DNA from: the human T2T-CHM13v2.0 reference genome, Homo sapiens
DNA length: 64,000 bases
NCBI RefSeq assembly: GCF_009914755.1
Contig: NC_060938.1
Reading direction: 5' to 3' (one strand)
Position numbers and translations under genes: made by a program. The notes under the pieces were generated by a model. That model searched no databases. It was not told the DNA's origin and saw only the letters and a list, made by a program, of their open reading frames with translations. This document shows, piece by piece, positions 26,331 to 40,611 of this stretch (position 1 is its first letter; every line of letters starts with the position of its first letter).

Positions 26331-26616
26331 CTAGAAAATGTCTATCATATGTGCTGCTGTACTGCTAAGTGCGTAGAGCCCTAGTACCCACAGGGCACAC
26401 ACAAACAAACCTGGTATACAAAGAACTTCTGTGCGGATTTCTTTCTTATTGTGCACATTTTAAGGGGCATCAGTCTCTGTCCATGCATCCTTAGAATTGT
26501 ATGGCTTTTTCATGATTTGATTTATTCAACAAGGATCGAACAGTCTGTTTGTATTGAGTATTTACTATATATTAGTTACTGTTCTAAGTATAAACTCATT
26601 GATCTCACAACTCTGA

Positions 26617-26954
<338 letters not shown>

Positions 26955-27718
26955 TAGAAGCAGCTTTAATACCAGGTCACACAGCCAGGAAGTAGACTAG
27001 CTAATGTTTCACCTTAGGCACAGGTGGAGGGAGTCACACATCTGTAAGATTTGTTCCCAGGACAATATCATTTTCTTTAAATGTCTGTTTTGGGAGGACT
27101 TCAATGAGCTCTCAGATAGAAACACCCATTTCCAGGGAGCATTCTTACCCTAGAAAAAGCTTGGGACAGTTGTATTCAGACAGCTCTGCTGTTGACCATG
27201 TAAGGAACTCTCTGCCACTCTTCCTCATAGCTTTGGCGGGGATTATTTGTCTTTAGACTTGTTCCTTTTTGTGAAAGTGACAGTAGTGATAGTCATTAGT
27301 AGTTAGTAGTCATGGTTACTTTTGTTGAGCACTTACAGTGCCAAATGTAGTAAGCACTTTCAAACTGTATTACTCTCCCCGTTTCTACTTGGGAAACTGA
27401 GTATTACTGTGTGAGTGATGGGGACTTCTTGAAAGATCCTAAACATGGGAATGTCGTAATCAGGTTGCTGTTTCATGGATTTGGTTCCGAAAGCCAAGCA
27501 GAGAGCGGGTCACCAGCACAGTAGTAAGAGTCAGGAAAATTGGTTGAGACTGTTGTGTACAGGGGAGAGTTGCTTGGGGCTTGAACTAAAGGGACGGTGA
27601 AGAGAGGGGTAGGTTTGAGAGAGACTTAGAAGATAGTAATGGCAAGGCCTGGTAAAAGACGGGAGTGATTTCCAGTTTTACAGTTTGGACGGCAGCATGG
27701 ATAAGAAAGAATATAAGG

Positions 27719-28112
<394 letters not shown>

Positions 28113-28359
28113 TCACAAGATTACGACAAGGAGCTCCCAGTGTCTTCACGTAGTTTTCCCAGCTTACTCAGTAAATATTTGTTCCCTAAATGAATTCATG
28201 ATTTCCATAGTTACTCAGTAAATATTTGTTTTCTAAATGAATCTATCTGTAAGCAACTCAAGTAATATCCCCTCCTACCATTTATCTTAATGTTTGAATT
28301 TCATCTCCAACCACTTAAATCATAGTCTCTGGGAGATGGGAGCTAGGCATTGACATTTA

Positions 28360-28692
<333 letters not shown>

Positions 28693-29203
28693 CCTTTGTG
28701 TCCACAGATATTCTAATTTGTGGCCAGGTCTGACAGCCACTGCTTCAGTTTTAATGAAACAACAGATGAAACAGGTCTACTGAGATGTTCTTTTACTCAT
28801 CCATCAATTTCATTTTTGAGTGTCTACCACTGTTTTGAGCTCCATGAAACTCAAAAGTAAGCATTGATGTGTTCACCTCTGTGTTCCTAGTACCAGAACT
28901 GTGCCTGGCACAGAATAGGTGCTCAATAGATAGTTGTAGAATAAATGAATGTTTTATGATTCTGAGCACTTAGAGAATACTGCGCTCTAGTAACATACAA
29001 CCATCAGTGTCTGTAGCTGTGGCAGGAGGCTTTCTGCTTCTGAGGTCTCTCTGTCTGGACTGTTGTGCTATTATCCTCTCATGTTTCTTCAAGGCAGAGG
29101 GGTTGCTGCCTGGGAAAGGTGTACACTTTGGAGAGTGAAGTCAGACTTTGCTAAGTGAACGCTTGGATACGTGTTGTGCATCTCTGTTCCCAAGTACCTT
29201 CTC

Positions 29204-29357
29204 TGCTATGGACTGAATTGTGTATCTCCAAAACTTGCATGTTGAATCTCTACCCCCAGTGTGATGTTATTTGGAAATGGGGCCTTTGGAAGATAATCAG
29301 GCTTAGATGGGTCCACAAGGCTAAGGCCCTCATAGGGGAATTACTGCTTTTAAAAGA
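29204..29357 (+). mobile_element. MLT1A-like LTR, 5' fragment only
   Basis: tgctatggactgaattgtgtatctccaaaacttgcatgttgaatc...gttatttggaaatggggcctttggaagataatcagg. Confidence 0.8.
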
Positions 29358-31698
29358 CTAGGACATTCTCTGATCCTTTGGAAGTATATTTCCTTTCCAT
29401 CCTCTTCTCTATTACCTGCCTTCCACCTGCATCATTGGAGTTGGCTTCTTGGTGTTGACAAACCTTACAATACTCAGGTTGAAGACAAGAGCAGCCGAGA
29501 AGGAGCTTTTGTAGGGAGTGGTTGTCAGTGTCTGGTGCTTTAATATTTCCTTCCGTTGGGATTTGGAAAAGGCAGTCCCACATAGAAAATTGTTCCAGCC
29601 GAGGAACAGCAAGTCTGTCTGTCAATCTCTGGGTATATTGAAGACATCTCTCTGAGTATATTCCAAATGTACTCATCAGTGACGTACTGCTTCTCCAGAA
29701 GGTCCCCTTAGGAAGTTGAAAAAGATTCTAATTCCTAACACAGTAGCTCCTGCTATTTTCCTATGTATGTTTTTTTCTCGCTTTTATCTTCTGCTTTACC
29801 AAAATACATTTACATAAACAATATTAGTATGTGTACAGAAAATATGAATAAAGAAATAAAGATTAAAAACCTTAGAAGAAATGAAAATAAAAACTTAAGA
29901 ATTGGAAAAGAATTCTAAAATCTCAAGGTTGACCAAGCTGGAGGGTTTTTTTGTGCATATTTATTGCAGTTCTACCTTGTGCCAGGTTTTAGATACTTTC
30001 TTTTAATCACAGAACTTTACAAGATACGTATTATCTCTATTTTATGGATTAGAACATTTAGGCTCTGAAACTCAAGGGCATGTAGCTGCTACATGGTAGA
30101 GTCAAGATTTTAATTTAGCATGCCTAACTGTAAAGCACCTTTCCTTGGTCTAAAGGCCAGTGACAGTTCCTAATGAAAGTTTTCACACGTACACAATGAA
30201 ACAAGAAAATGAAGACAGTGTAGAAGATTTTTGATAAAGCAAAATACAATTAACTTTAAGAAACCTGTTCATTATTTTAAAATACCTATATTGGCTAAAG
30301 TTTGGCAATCTAACGTCAGACCCCTAATCATTATATATATATTTTTTTCTTAAAAGTCTACTCGTTCGTGAAATCACAAGTTCACACTCAGGGTTCGTGA
30401 TTTAATGGTGGAACAAAACAGAATATTTAAAGTTGGGAATGTTCCAGAAAAGCTAGATTTACAAGATTGTCTTAAGGCCCCAAAGAGGAAACAAAGATTT
30501 GGCTTGCTGATCAGAGTTAAACATTGTGTACAAAATACCTTAGGAGGAATTTGAGACCTCCGTTATTTCAGACTTAGGAAATAGCCCTTTCTTATCTCTC
30601 ATATAATGGTACCTGTCTCTCAGGAAGCTAGGCCTCCCTTGCAGTGGTAATAGCTGGCCTGTGGAGCCCCTTCACATTGCATTACGGCAATTCCAGTGCC
30701 TCCCTTTCCCGTTAGGAATCTAAGCTTGTACTACCTTTTAAAATATCTTCAAGAGTCAATATGTGGATATCTGAGTGTCAAATCTGGCATGCACTGTATT
30801 TAAGTATCACTTAGGAAGAAAAGCAAAACCCTCAGCCCCTTGAAATGATTTTTAAATTAACTTTTTGGTGGAAAAGTCCCATTTTATCTGTGCAACTTAA
30901 TACCCTTTGTGCAATTTTAGCCAACTTCTTGAAAACACAGGAGGAAAACAACAACTTTCATTATCTCTTTTGCTCTGAATAGCAGCAATCATCAAACCAA
31001 CATCCACCACCTTCTTGTTCTCCTGAACTTACGTATTTTTGTATATGCAACAACTTAGGGAAAAACATAATGGCAGGAAAGAAAACCTTTTCCCCTAAGT
31101 AAGAAAAATCACAGAAAATCATTAGTGTGCTAATTAAGGAACAAAAATCAAATTGTGAAAGGTTTCTTACCCAGATTGAAATGAATAGGCCTGGGCTTGT
31201 TCCCACAGTGGAGACAGGGCTCCCGGAAGTATGCTGGAAGCATGCAAGGCCACTTGCCGCCTAGACTCAGAAATGACACATCGTCACTTCCACCATGTTC
31301 CATTGATTAAAGAAAGCCATTCAGGCCAGCCCAGATTCAAAGGGTGGAGGAAACAGAGGTTGCCTATAAAAGAAGGATTTTGACCATTTTTACAATTTAC
31401 CAAAGGAGTGACTTGGTCGAGGATATTAACTAATTTAAAGGAGTTAATGTAGGTGAAGCTCTTAGAATGCCTAGTGCATGACAATTGTTGTTTTGCTATT
31501 TTTTATTATTATTACTGTATTCTCTCTAGGCGTTTCCCCCAGGAGCTTATTGAACGTCCTTTAATCTTTTGTTTTGTTTTTAAAAATGATGTTGGAGGAA
31601 CAACGGTGACTTTTCAGGCCCTGGAAATGCTACATATGGGATGGTATCGTAGAGGTGTTTCTTTGCCTCCCATGGGCGCCCCCGGTTTTGCTCTCTCC

Positions 31699-31714
31699 CC
31701 CTCTAGGTGGCGCT
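31699..31714 (+). promoter_or_regulatory. CTCF binding motif (candidate insulator or loop anchor)
   Basis: CCCTCTAGGTGGCGCT closely matches the CTCF core CC[A/T/G][C/G][C/T]AG[A/G][G/T]GGCGC. It lies in unique sequence with several retained CpGs (gggcgcccccgg, ggcgctgtcggg, cacgt). Confidence 0.75.
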
Positions 31715-32252
31715 GTCGGGGATCCCCAGCTGTCCCACGTTGTCTTGCTTTTCCTTTCCTCTCTGTCAAAACGAATTCTCATTCTTGATTCTTACCACTG
31801 CAGTGTTTACCAACTTTGAGTGATATATTTCCCTTTTAAAGAAAAGCAGTCTTGTGAATTTAGTTGTTGTTTTATATTTTTATTATGTTACTTAAATATG
31901 TACAAACATAAAGCTATGTATAAACTAATTATGCTTGCTCATAACTTTTATGCATTTATAAAATAAAGGAAATGAAACTTGAACAGAACAGATTTAAAAA
32001 TTAAAACTTCAGAATTTCAAAATAGCAGCATTAACCTAACATGACAGATGATATTATTTTTACTAAAACTACATCCAGACGCAAAGCCACCGTGGCCTTT
32101 GATGCCTCAGTTACCCCACACCTTCTCTGTTTGGACTCCTGCAAGCTCTTCGAATACAGTGTGCTGTGAAATTATTATCAAGTTGATTATAAACACAAAT
32201 ATGAGAACTGAAGTTACCTGACAGTGCTTGGTTATAAGATGGCTGTTTAACT

Positions 32253-32420
32253 TAGTGCTCTCAAATTTTACTGTGCAGGTAACTCACCAGGGATCTTGTT
32301 AAATTGCTCACTTTGGTACAGAGGGGCAGGGGTAGGGTACAGAATTCTGTGTTTTAAATAAGCTCTCAGGTTATGCCTGTTGGCTGATCTGGGAATGACA
32401 CTTTGAGTACAAGGATCTGA
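32253..32420. mobile_element. MER5A-like relic
   Basis: tagtgctctcaaattttactgtgca..actcaccagggatcttgttaaa...aaataagctctcaggttatgcc...gacactttgagtacaagg. Confidence 0.7.
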
Positions 32421-33709
32421 CTATGGTTCCATCATTTGTTTAGATTATTAAACACACAAATATTTAAGAATCAGTCGAAAACATGTTTCTGGATAGGTCC
32501 TTGGTCTCTAGTCTAGTCACTGCACTAAAACATACAAGCAGTTAGGTTGTTAGAGCATTATACTAGCCCTATGGGAATCAGATCCAGACACCAAGCATGA
32601 AGTTGCATGTATTGAGTATCAGGCATCAGCCAGTAATATAGGGAGGGAATGATGATTGTACAAAGACCTCCCTGGACATTCCAGATGCAACTCACAGATG
32701 ATGACTCCTTGACCAGTGGGACAGGCCTGATGTGGTTTTGCCTCTAATAAATCAAATCTTTCCATTTTTACCCAAGTAAAATTTTATTTGTACTTTCCTT
32801 ATGATCACCACTCACATTTTGCCTGGTCTTACAGTTTAAAATGTGGTACAGCTTTCTTTTTCTATGTTAATATTCTGAGGGCAAGGATCATGTTCTATTC
32901 CTTTTTGTACTTTTCATACAGCAGGCATACAGACATTTGTGGAATTGAATGTATTAGCTAGATAAATCTTGAGGGTGCCCTCTGCTATTTGCATAACCAA
33001 GTTTTTTTCTGAAAATTCCAGGAATTTTGCTCTTTCTGTTATATTTCAGACTCGTTATTTTATTTACTACTGCTGCTTTTTTTTCTTCCTAGGAAAGATT
33101 CCTAAGATTTAAATGACTAAAGCTTAGTCTCTGATATTTGAACATAAACCACATTTTTATTGCTCTTGGCTCTCAGGTGCGCTTTGCTTTTAATTTTTAT
33201 CTGAGAATAAATGTTGAGAAGATTAGAAACGCTTATTTAGTTGATAATCTGTGTGACCAGAATTTATCCTTTCTAAATAGTTCCATAGCAGTCTTCGAGA
33301 GAGAAGTTCTGGTAGAAGAGGAGGTAGAGTGAGTTGTTCTTTAAAAAGGAAATGCAAGTTTGTAGAGAGATACCCAGGTGTGGGCTTTATGCATGAAATA
33401 TTTTTCCTATGAGAAAAAGGAAAACAGTGCCTGACCTTATCAATAAACCATTGTAAGACGTCTTCAGCGTAGGTCCCAAGGACATTCCAACTGTTCTTTT
33501 GGACTGAGAAACTCTCAGGTAGTGGTTGGGAGAAAAAGATCCAGAGGTCGCAGTGGGATATTTAACAAACATATGAATCAGCTGTATAGCACATCAGAGA
33601 ACAGAGAGACCAGACATAAATGCATAATAAGGCAATATTCTCATGATATTGATAAGAACTTTTTTTCTAAGTTCTGTTGATCTGTCTTTCTACCCATTCA
33701 ATCATTAAT

Positions 33710-36700
33710 TTAACATTGTATTGAGAAATTAAACACAGACTCAAACTACACAAAATAAGCATAGTTTAATGCAAAGATTCCCAAAATATGGTCTCCAGAT
33801 CAGCATTGCCTTGGAAGTTGTGAAAAAAGCAAATGTTTGCACTCCAGTGGAGATTTACTAAATCAGAAACTATGGAGGTGGGGTGTTTATTTTAACAGGC
33901 TCTTCCGAAGCTTCCCATGCATGCTTGAGTTTGAGAACCAGTGGCTTAGCATGAACTAGTATGAGGTGGACACTTTGAAACCAGCACCTAGCTAAAGAAA
34001 TAGACCTGCCAGTCACTTCAGAAGCCCCTCCATGTGTCCCTTCCCAGCCATAATTCCTTTCTCCTTCCAAATTACCCACTCTCTTGAGTTTTCCAGTAAT
34101 TACTCCCTTGCCTTTTTATAGTTGTGTCACTGAATTGCATATCCCTAGCCGCAATCATTTAGTCTTTTCCATGGATATTAACTTATCTTTCAGTCTATGC
34201 ATTCCCCCATTGTCCCCTCCTTTTCCATACAGTGTATCTGATGAAGAACTTGGACTGTTAGACCTGTTGGAGGTTCTCAGAGTGGATTTTGCTGGTTGTG
34301 TACTCATGGTGCAGTGTAACATGTTCCTCTGAACTTCCTGAGTATCAGCAGCTGGATATAGGGGTTTCATCAAATCTTAGTCCTGTCCTTTTGCTAAGAC
34401 TATAGGTGGGACTGCGTTTTTTGTTTTTTTCTTTTCTTTTTTTCATCAGGAGGCGCAGGAAGTCTAGTTCTCACTGTATTTTGATGTTAACAGCCATAGA
34501 TACTCAATACTTAGATCGATTGAGAGAAGCATAATGGTGACAGTCTGTCATTTCATTTTCATTTATTAGCTGGAAAGTCTTAGATGGAATAAATTTAGAT
34601 CACTATATGGCTACCTTGTGGTAGATTTCACACTTGAAAAGCCGGTTGAATGCTCAGTTTTCCTTTTATTTACCTAATTTTCAAGATACTGAATTGCTTC
34701 CCTGTCATGTTCAGAAGGGGACCAATTAAAGAAAAAAACAAAAAAAAAACATGAACTACTAGGTTTAAACGTAGTGGAAGAGTAATCAAACCGTAGCAAA
34801 TCATCCCTATTGAAGCTCAAATTGTCCCATTTTTGGCCAGTGGGAGCCTCTTCAACTTGGCTCTTGATTCCTTTTGGTATAACTCTAGCACTATTTGATT
34901 CCTTCCTTTTTTATTACAGGCTCATCTTGTGTATTTCCTGCCCCAGACCAAGAGTCAGCCATTTCTCTGAGAATGCACCCTGCTCCCCCAGTTCTTTTTG
35001 ATAGGAAAAAAATGTCAAAACCACAAACCAGATTCTCATAACTACTGACTTGATTCTTTTTTACTGAGTCTTTTCAATGGGCAAAACTGGGAAATATCCA
35101 CTTCTATATCTATATAGCTTTTTCTATACCTATACATAGATGTTATATGTATTTAAATATATTTAAAGTTAAAATACCTCATGAGTTTATACTGATATTT
35201 CCAATTCAGGACTACAGGGTTTTAACGTCTTCTGTATGGCATCTATATCTTCTTTTTCCTGCCCAAACAATCTTGATTCTCAAGGACATAGAGTATGCTA
35301 GATTAGAATATGTCATAATTACTCATTTGCATGCTTCCACATTACACACACAATATTAATACTACCACCACCAATTATGATTACTAAAAAGAATTAAAAC
35401 ATTTTTGTGCATATGCTATTCTCATTTTCCTCTATTATTTTATAGTTATACCTAATCTGTTTTTATCAGGTAATAGTTATTAATGCTATACTCTCTTCCA
35501 TTTAACCCCCATTTAATGTTCTTAGTTTCATATATTTGATGGTCATCACCATTTTCACGTCAATGACATGACACTTGGTTGTCCAAAGCTCATTCTGTAG
35601 TAGTCGCCTTAGGAAGAAGTTATGGGAACAGAATACCTTGTGTTCTTACATGTTGAAAGAATGTTTTCTCTACTTAATGTTCATTTTTGCTTGGATATAA
35701 AATCCTTGGCTTATATTTTCTTTCATTGAGTACCCTAGATACATTAGATCATATCCTTCTGGCATAAAACCCTGTCAAATTCTAGTGATAATCCAGTTTT
35801 TATTTTTTCTTACAAGTCACATTCTCTTTTTGCAAGAAGCCCATAGAGATTTTTTTTCTTTAAAGTCTTGTCATTTTACTAGCATATGTCTTGATGCTGA
35901 TAGTTATGGGTTGTTATTCTCACATAAGTAGTTTCTTTTTTTGTATCTTAGGACAGTTTTTCTTGATTTATAGTTTTTAAAATTTGTTATGTTTTCTTGT
36001 TTTACTGTTTCTGCCTTCTTTAGAGACTCCTGTTGTCCTTATGTTGCATCTTACTTGTCTGTCTTCAAAATTTATCAATTCTTGAAGGCTTCTTATCTTT
36101 CTTAAGTTCTTTTGATTTTTTTAAAAAAATTTAATTTCCCCCTTCTACTTTTGAAGTTATTTGGTTTTATTATTCACTCTTAAGTTTCTTCTAGTTAAGC
36201 CTTTTTAAGAACATTTCTAATTCTTTTCTAAGCTCTGTCACCTTATTTCTGAACTTTTTCTAGTTCCAATTTATATTGTTCCTTCATGTCTAGCGTGTTT
36301 TCTTAGTGTCTTTTGGCAAATCTGGAAATTGTATGTTAGAATTGTGATCTGATTTTGGAGCCAGTTTTCTTGGTGTGCTTTCATTATCTGTGGAAATGTT
36401 GTTTTATTCGTTTTCCTCTTTTATCCTTAAGCAATAATGTGTGGAATTTTCTCTCCATGCTTTTCTGTTGCTCATTTTCCTCACGTTTTAGAAAGAGACT
36501 TTGTTCAGATGGATTTTTCTAACTTCATAGAGCTCTGTCTTCTATTGTTTTTATGTAATTTTTTTTAAAAAACTTGCTTTGTAAATTTTTATGTTGTTTT
36601 TTCCTTTTCCACTGTTACCTGAATCTTCTCTTTTTTTTTCTTTCTGTTTTGCTCAATTTTATTTTTTTCCCAGCAGCTTCTCTCCAGTGTGGTACCTTGT

Positions 36701-36900
36701 TTTGAGAGCAGGTGCTGGCTAATTGTGTAACAATTTGTGATTTATCCTTACCTATTTGTATCTTGATGTTTGTGAGGATACCTTGTCTCCCAGTTTTGTT
36801 GTAAATGTCCATTAATTTTTGAACATTCTGTTTGATTTCATTGCTCTGTCTTTCGACATGTAGGGATTCTAGGAGTTCCAAAAACTGTGTCACTGCTACC
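33710..36900 (-). mobile_element. Old L1-related block (L1MC4a/L1ME-type 3' end plus HAL1-like ORF1 region), with a MER5A insert at ~33770-33945
   Basis: tgaagctcaaattgtcccatttttggccagtgggagcctcttcaacttggctc, ctcatcttgtgtatttcctgccccagacc and ctcattctgtagtag..ttaggaagaagttatgggaacag. Long T-rich strand bias. Confidence 0.65.
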
Positions 36901-39900
36901 ACTGCCATCTCCTCAGGAATTCCTCAGTTTTTCAAATGATGATTTTTGAAATTTTAGAGTCTATAACTTGAGAGATATAGCATTTTTGGAGCTGGGACAA
37001 AAAAGTTTTTAACTTAATTATGGGAAGTAATGAAAAGAATTGGCTTCTAAAATGCAATGCAGAGATGCATAAATGTATTCTCTTTATCTTGCCCAATTAC
37101 AGAGCAAAATAGATGACAATACAGAAATAAACATGGTCTGGAGTAGAAGTAGGTTAATCCGCATGCTTTAGATTGACTTACAGTATATACACTTTATTTC
37201 TTCATTCAGTGAATAAATTTATATAGTGCCTTACAATGGACAGATACTGTACAACATAAAAAATATGTTGACCCTTGCCTGTCTGGCCTACCTTGAAATG
37301 CTGTGTATAACAAAATTACACACAGAAGACCTCAGATGTGGCAAAGTGAAGTGAGAGGGAAGTGACTTTCCCAATACCACACAGTACTTTGAGAATTAGA
37401 CCACAAGCCTGGATATCTGTAACTCCCAATCCAAGACTTCTTCCACCCCAATATTCAATCTCATTACTAAGTGTCAAGAAAGTGGATTTGTTACCACCAA
37501 AAAAAGAAAACTTTCTGACATTGAGTGTGTGCTGTTTTTTGAAGAATGTTGTGAATTCTCTGTTCTTAAAAAGTCAGTAGTGCAGCTTTCAATGTAGAGT
37601 TCTTTTGTTCAGGCTTACACAACTATCACCATTCACCAGATAACTTGCTGTATTCCAGACATCATTGGCTGCTTTGTATACATATTCTTATTTAACCCTC
37701 ACCACCTGGCAAAGCATTGTCCTCATCTCTAGTTTACAGAGGAAGAGACTTATTTTAACTCAGAGTATGTTGTCCAAAATTACCCTGCTAATAGACTGGT
37801 GATTCTGTGGAAACAGACACTTTCTTCTTTTATATGTAAAGTGTTCTGGGTAACAAATAATACACTCTCTTCTCATCACTGTGGGCACCATGGTCTGGGT
37901 GCCTCATTGGCCTCTCTATCCCCTCCCAACACATACACAGAAGAGAGGAGAGGAGAGAAGCATCCTAAATGCTTGACTCTCTCGGCAGAAAGTCTACTGT
38001 GTCTAATGGTCTTGTAGGAGGGAGGCAGCGACATCTCTCTCCCTGCCTTCTTCCTTTCCATTCCCCTCTCTACTAAATTAGCTCCCTGAGCATCAGAGTG
38101 TAAATCCAGTTTCTCTTACTTGTGCAAACATGGACATTCTTATGCCACTTTGTGTGTAAAATTTTTACATGAAGTCTATAACCTGTTGCTTTGGTATGTA
38201 AGGCTGTAGAATGAGCAATAACGAAAACCAGAAATGTTTGGGGGAAAGAAGTTTTTGTCTGATCTTCTATATTCATTGACCCAGACAAGTGTCACAAGGA
38301 CCATGAGAGTCTGGGGAGCCTGGGACATTGCCCACACTCTGCTAATGAAGAAACTGAACCACACCTACATCTTTGTCTAGTCACACCTAGCAGCCTCTGA
38401 CCTTGCTCTCCTTGCCTCACTCTGATCCCTCTAGAATCCATTGCACATACCAACCAACTCAGGCCCTAAAACTCTTCTTTTGTGAGGTTACTTTCCAGTC
38501 TTTAACCTATTGGCTTTTTCTCATTGTTCCTCAAATCAAATCTGAACTCCACTGTCTGCAAGACTCTCCCGTTCTTTTCCTGACCACCTTGGCTGACAGC
38601 TCTTGGAGAAGAGGGCTTAGATTGATAATAATCTGTGATCCTTTCCTTCCACCTTGCCTAGCTCTGCCAGTTCATGGAGTAACATTTTCTTTTCCACAGT
38701 TACTGTAAAAAGAAATCGATTCTTTTTAGCTAAAGTAAATGACATCCAACTCTCCTTACATGGAAAAAAGGCACTAAAGTGCTGACAGATACCATCTCAG
38801 GAATGGATGGATATTCTTGCTGTTTCTCTTCCAGGACAATCAGAAACAAATTTAACTGGTGAATGGCCATTCCATGTGGAAGGGAAGTGGTAACATAGGG
38901 CACTAGATTAACCTAGTGCACTTCTCAGTAGGATTCATGGTATTTCTATGTAATTTCCACTTACAAATTACACATCTAATAGAATCTTAAATGGGAAGAC
39001 AAGGATGAGTCATATGCCCAATCCACATTTATGTCTTCAAAATACGCTTTGAACAACAAAGCCACATATACATGTTAAAAGGCCTAGTAAACTTCTAGAA
39101 CACTAGAAAATCCTGATTGCCAGGATCTGTTAGTCACTCCACTCCAGACAGGGTTTTGACAAAATGCCTTTTCCCAACAGAGGTTACCATCTTCACAAGA
39201 AGACCACATTTGTATATATGTGGCCAGCAGCATTCGCCAGGGTACGTACCTCAAGGAAGCTTCAAATGGCCATTCAGTGCGCACTCAAAAGGGATCCTCA
39301 GAGGAGCATTCAGACCATTTGCTTAAATGATTGTGTGCTCATTAAGGTGGGCAGATCTGCAGTCTCAACTAGAGATCTGGTAGTTAATCTGGGTCCAGGA
39401 TGTTTCTTAACTAAACATGTTAAAGGAGCCGGATAGGTTGCTCTCTACTGCCAATTTATCGGTTTTACTTTTCTCCTTGGCTACAGTGCAATTTGGCTCT
39501 TTGGTTTAATCCCCTTGAGAAGCCAGAATCCATTGGCATGCGGAGCTCTGGGTCTTAGAGCAATATGGCTCTAAAATGTACGAGGTTTATTCTGATGGTC
39601 CCTGTCACATTAGCAGATGGTGGCATTTACCATGTTGATGGGAGAGGAGTCCTTGTGCTCTCAGCCACAGATGGCCCGGGAGGCTGTCCCAGCAGCAGCA
39701 CCTCACCCTCTCCAACACATGCCATGTAGTTAGTTGTTCCCTCTCTTTGTTCCTATACCACTTACGTTTGCATTTCTTTCATGCAGTTCGTTGGTGGTGG
39801 TTATAGTCATCTGTTTTGATGCGTGCTCCCCATATTAGGCTGCTAAGGTTTTAGGGGCAGGTACCTGGCTTCTCCTCCAGGGATTAAGAGATGCAACGCT

Positions 39901-40074
39901 ATGCTCAAGGTCACAAAGGTGCTGAGTGGCAGCAGGGTAGGATTCTAAGCCTCATTCATCAGTCTCCAAAGTTCAGGCTTTTAATTAGAAGGCCTGTCAT
40001 ATCATAGAAATCACAATGGTCCTCTTAGGGCAAAATAATGGGTGTGAAATCGTGGATGGTCCAACGATAATTAC

Positions 40075-40300
40075 AATAAGAATCGTTTATTTGTTTCTTA
40101 GAAACTGAACTAATCATTTTACAGGCATCATTTCAGTTAGTCCTCCTAATAGTCCTATGCATGAGGAATGTCATCACCATTTTCAGATGAGAAAATTGAG
40201 TGTCATAGAGGCTAAATGACTTGCCAACCAGGTCACACAGCTAGTAAGTAGCTCCAAGTCTAACCCAGATTGATGTGATTCCAAAACCCTGGTCTTGGGC
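40075..40300 (-). mobile_element. MIR
   Basis: ccattttcagatgagaaaattgagtgtcatagaggctaaatgacttgcc..ggtcacacagctagtaagt. Confidence 0.8.
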
Positions 40301-40559
40301 ATCTGACTGAGACCCCCCAATGTATGGGTGCCTTGCTTTATCTAGGCTCAGATCCTGGAGGTCATTTGTTGTTACCTTGAATATAAGAAACACACAGGGG
40401 GACAGGCAGACTCTGAAAATATAAAGTTCATTCCCCTGAATCAAATGCAGAAAACAGTTCTCTTATGGGTTGTCCCACTTTTCATTTGAACTTAGTGGGG
40501 ACCACGGGAGGGGCTGTTGAAAATGACCAGCTCTTTCCTCTGCCAGGCTTCCTACACTT

Positions 40560-40611
40560 ACACACACACACACGCATGCACGCATGCATGCACACACATG
40601 CACACACACAC
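40560..40611. repeat. Imperfect (CA)n/(CATG/CACG)n alternating purine-pyrimidine tract
   Basis: acacacacacacacgcatgcacgcatgcatgcacacacatgcacacacacac. Confidence 0.9.

Noticed and set aside
29555-29590. VGLPFPNP resembling the XPD/DDX11 helicase motif
   Set aside because: Eight residues only, with no flanking helicase similarity and a stop shortly after.
39099-39350. Protein-looking frames at 39.1-39.3 kb
   Set aside because: Weak splice context and no preferred frame; indistinguishable from chance.
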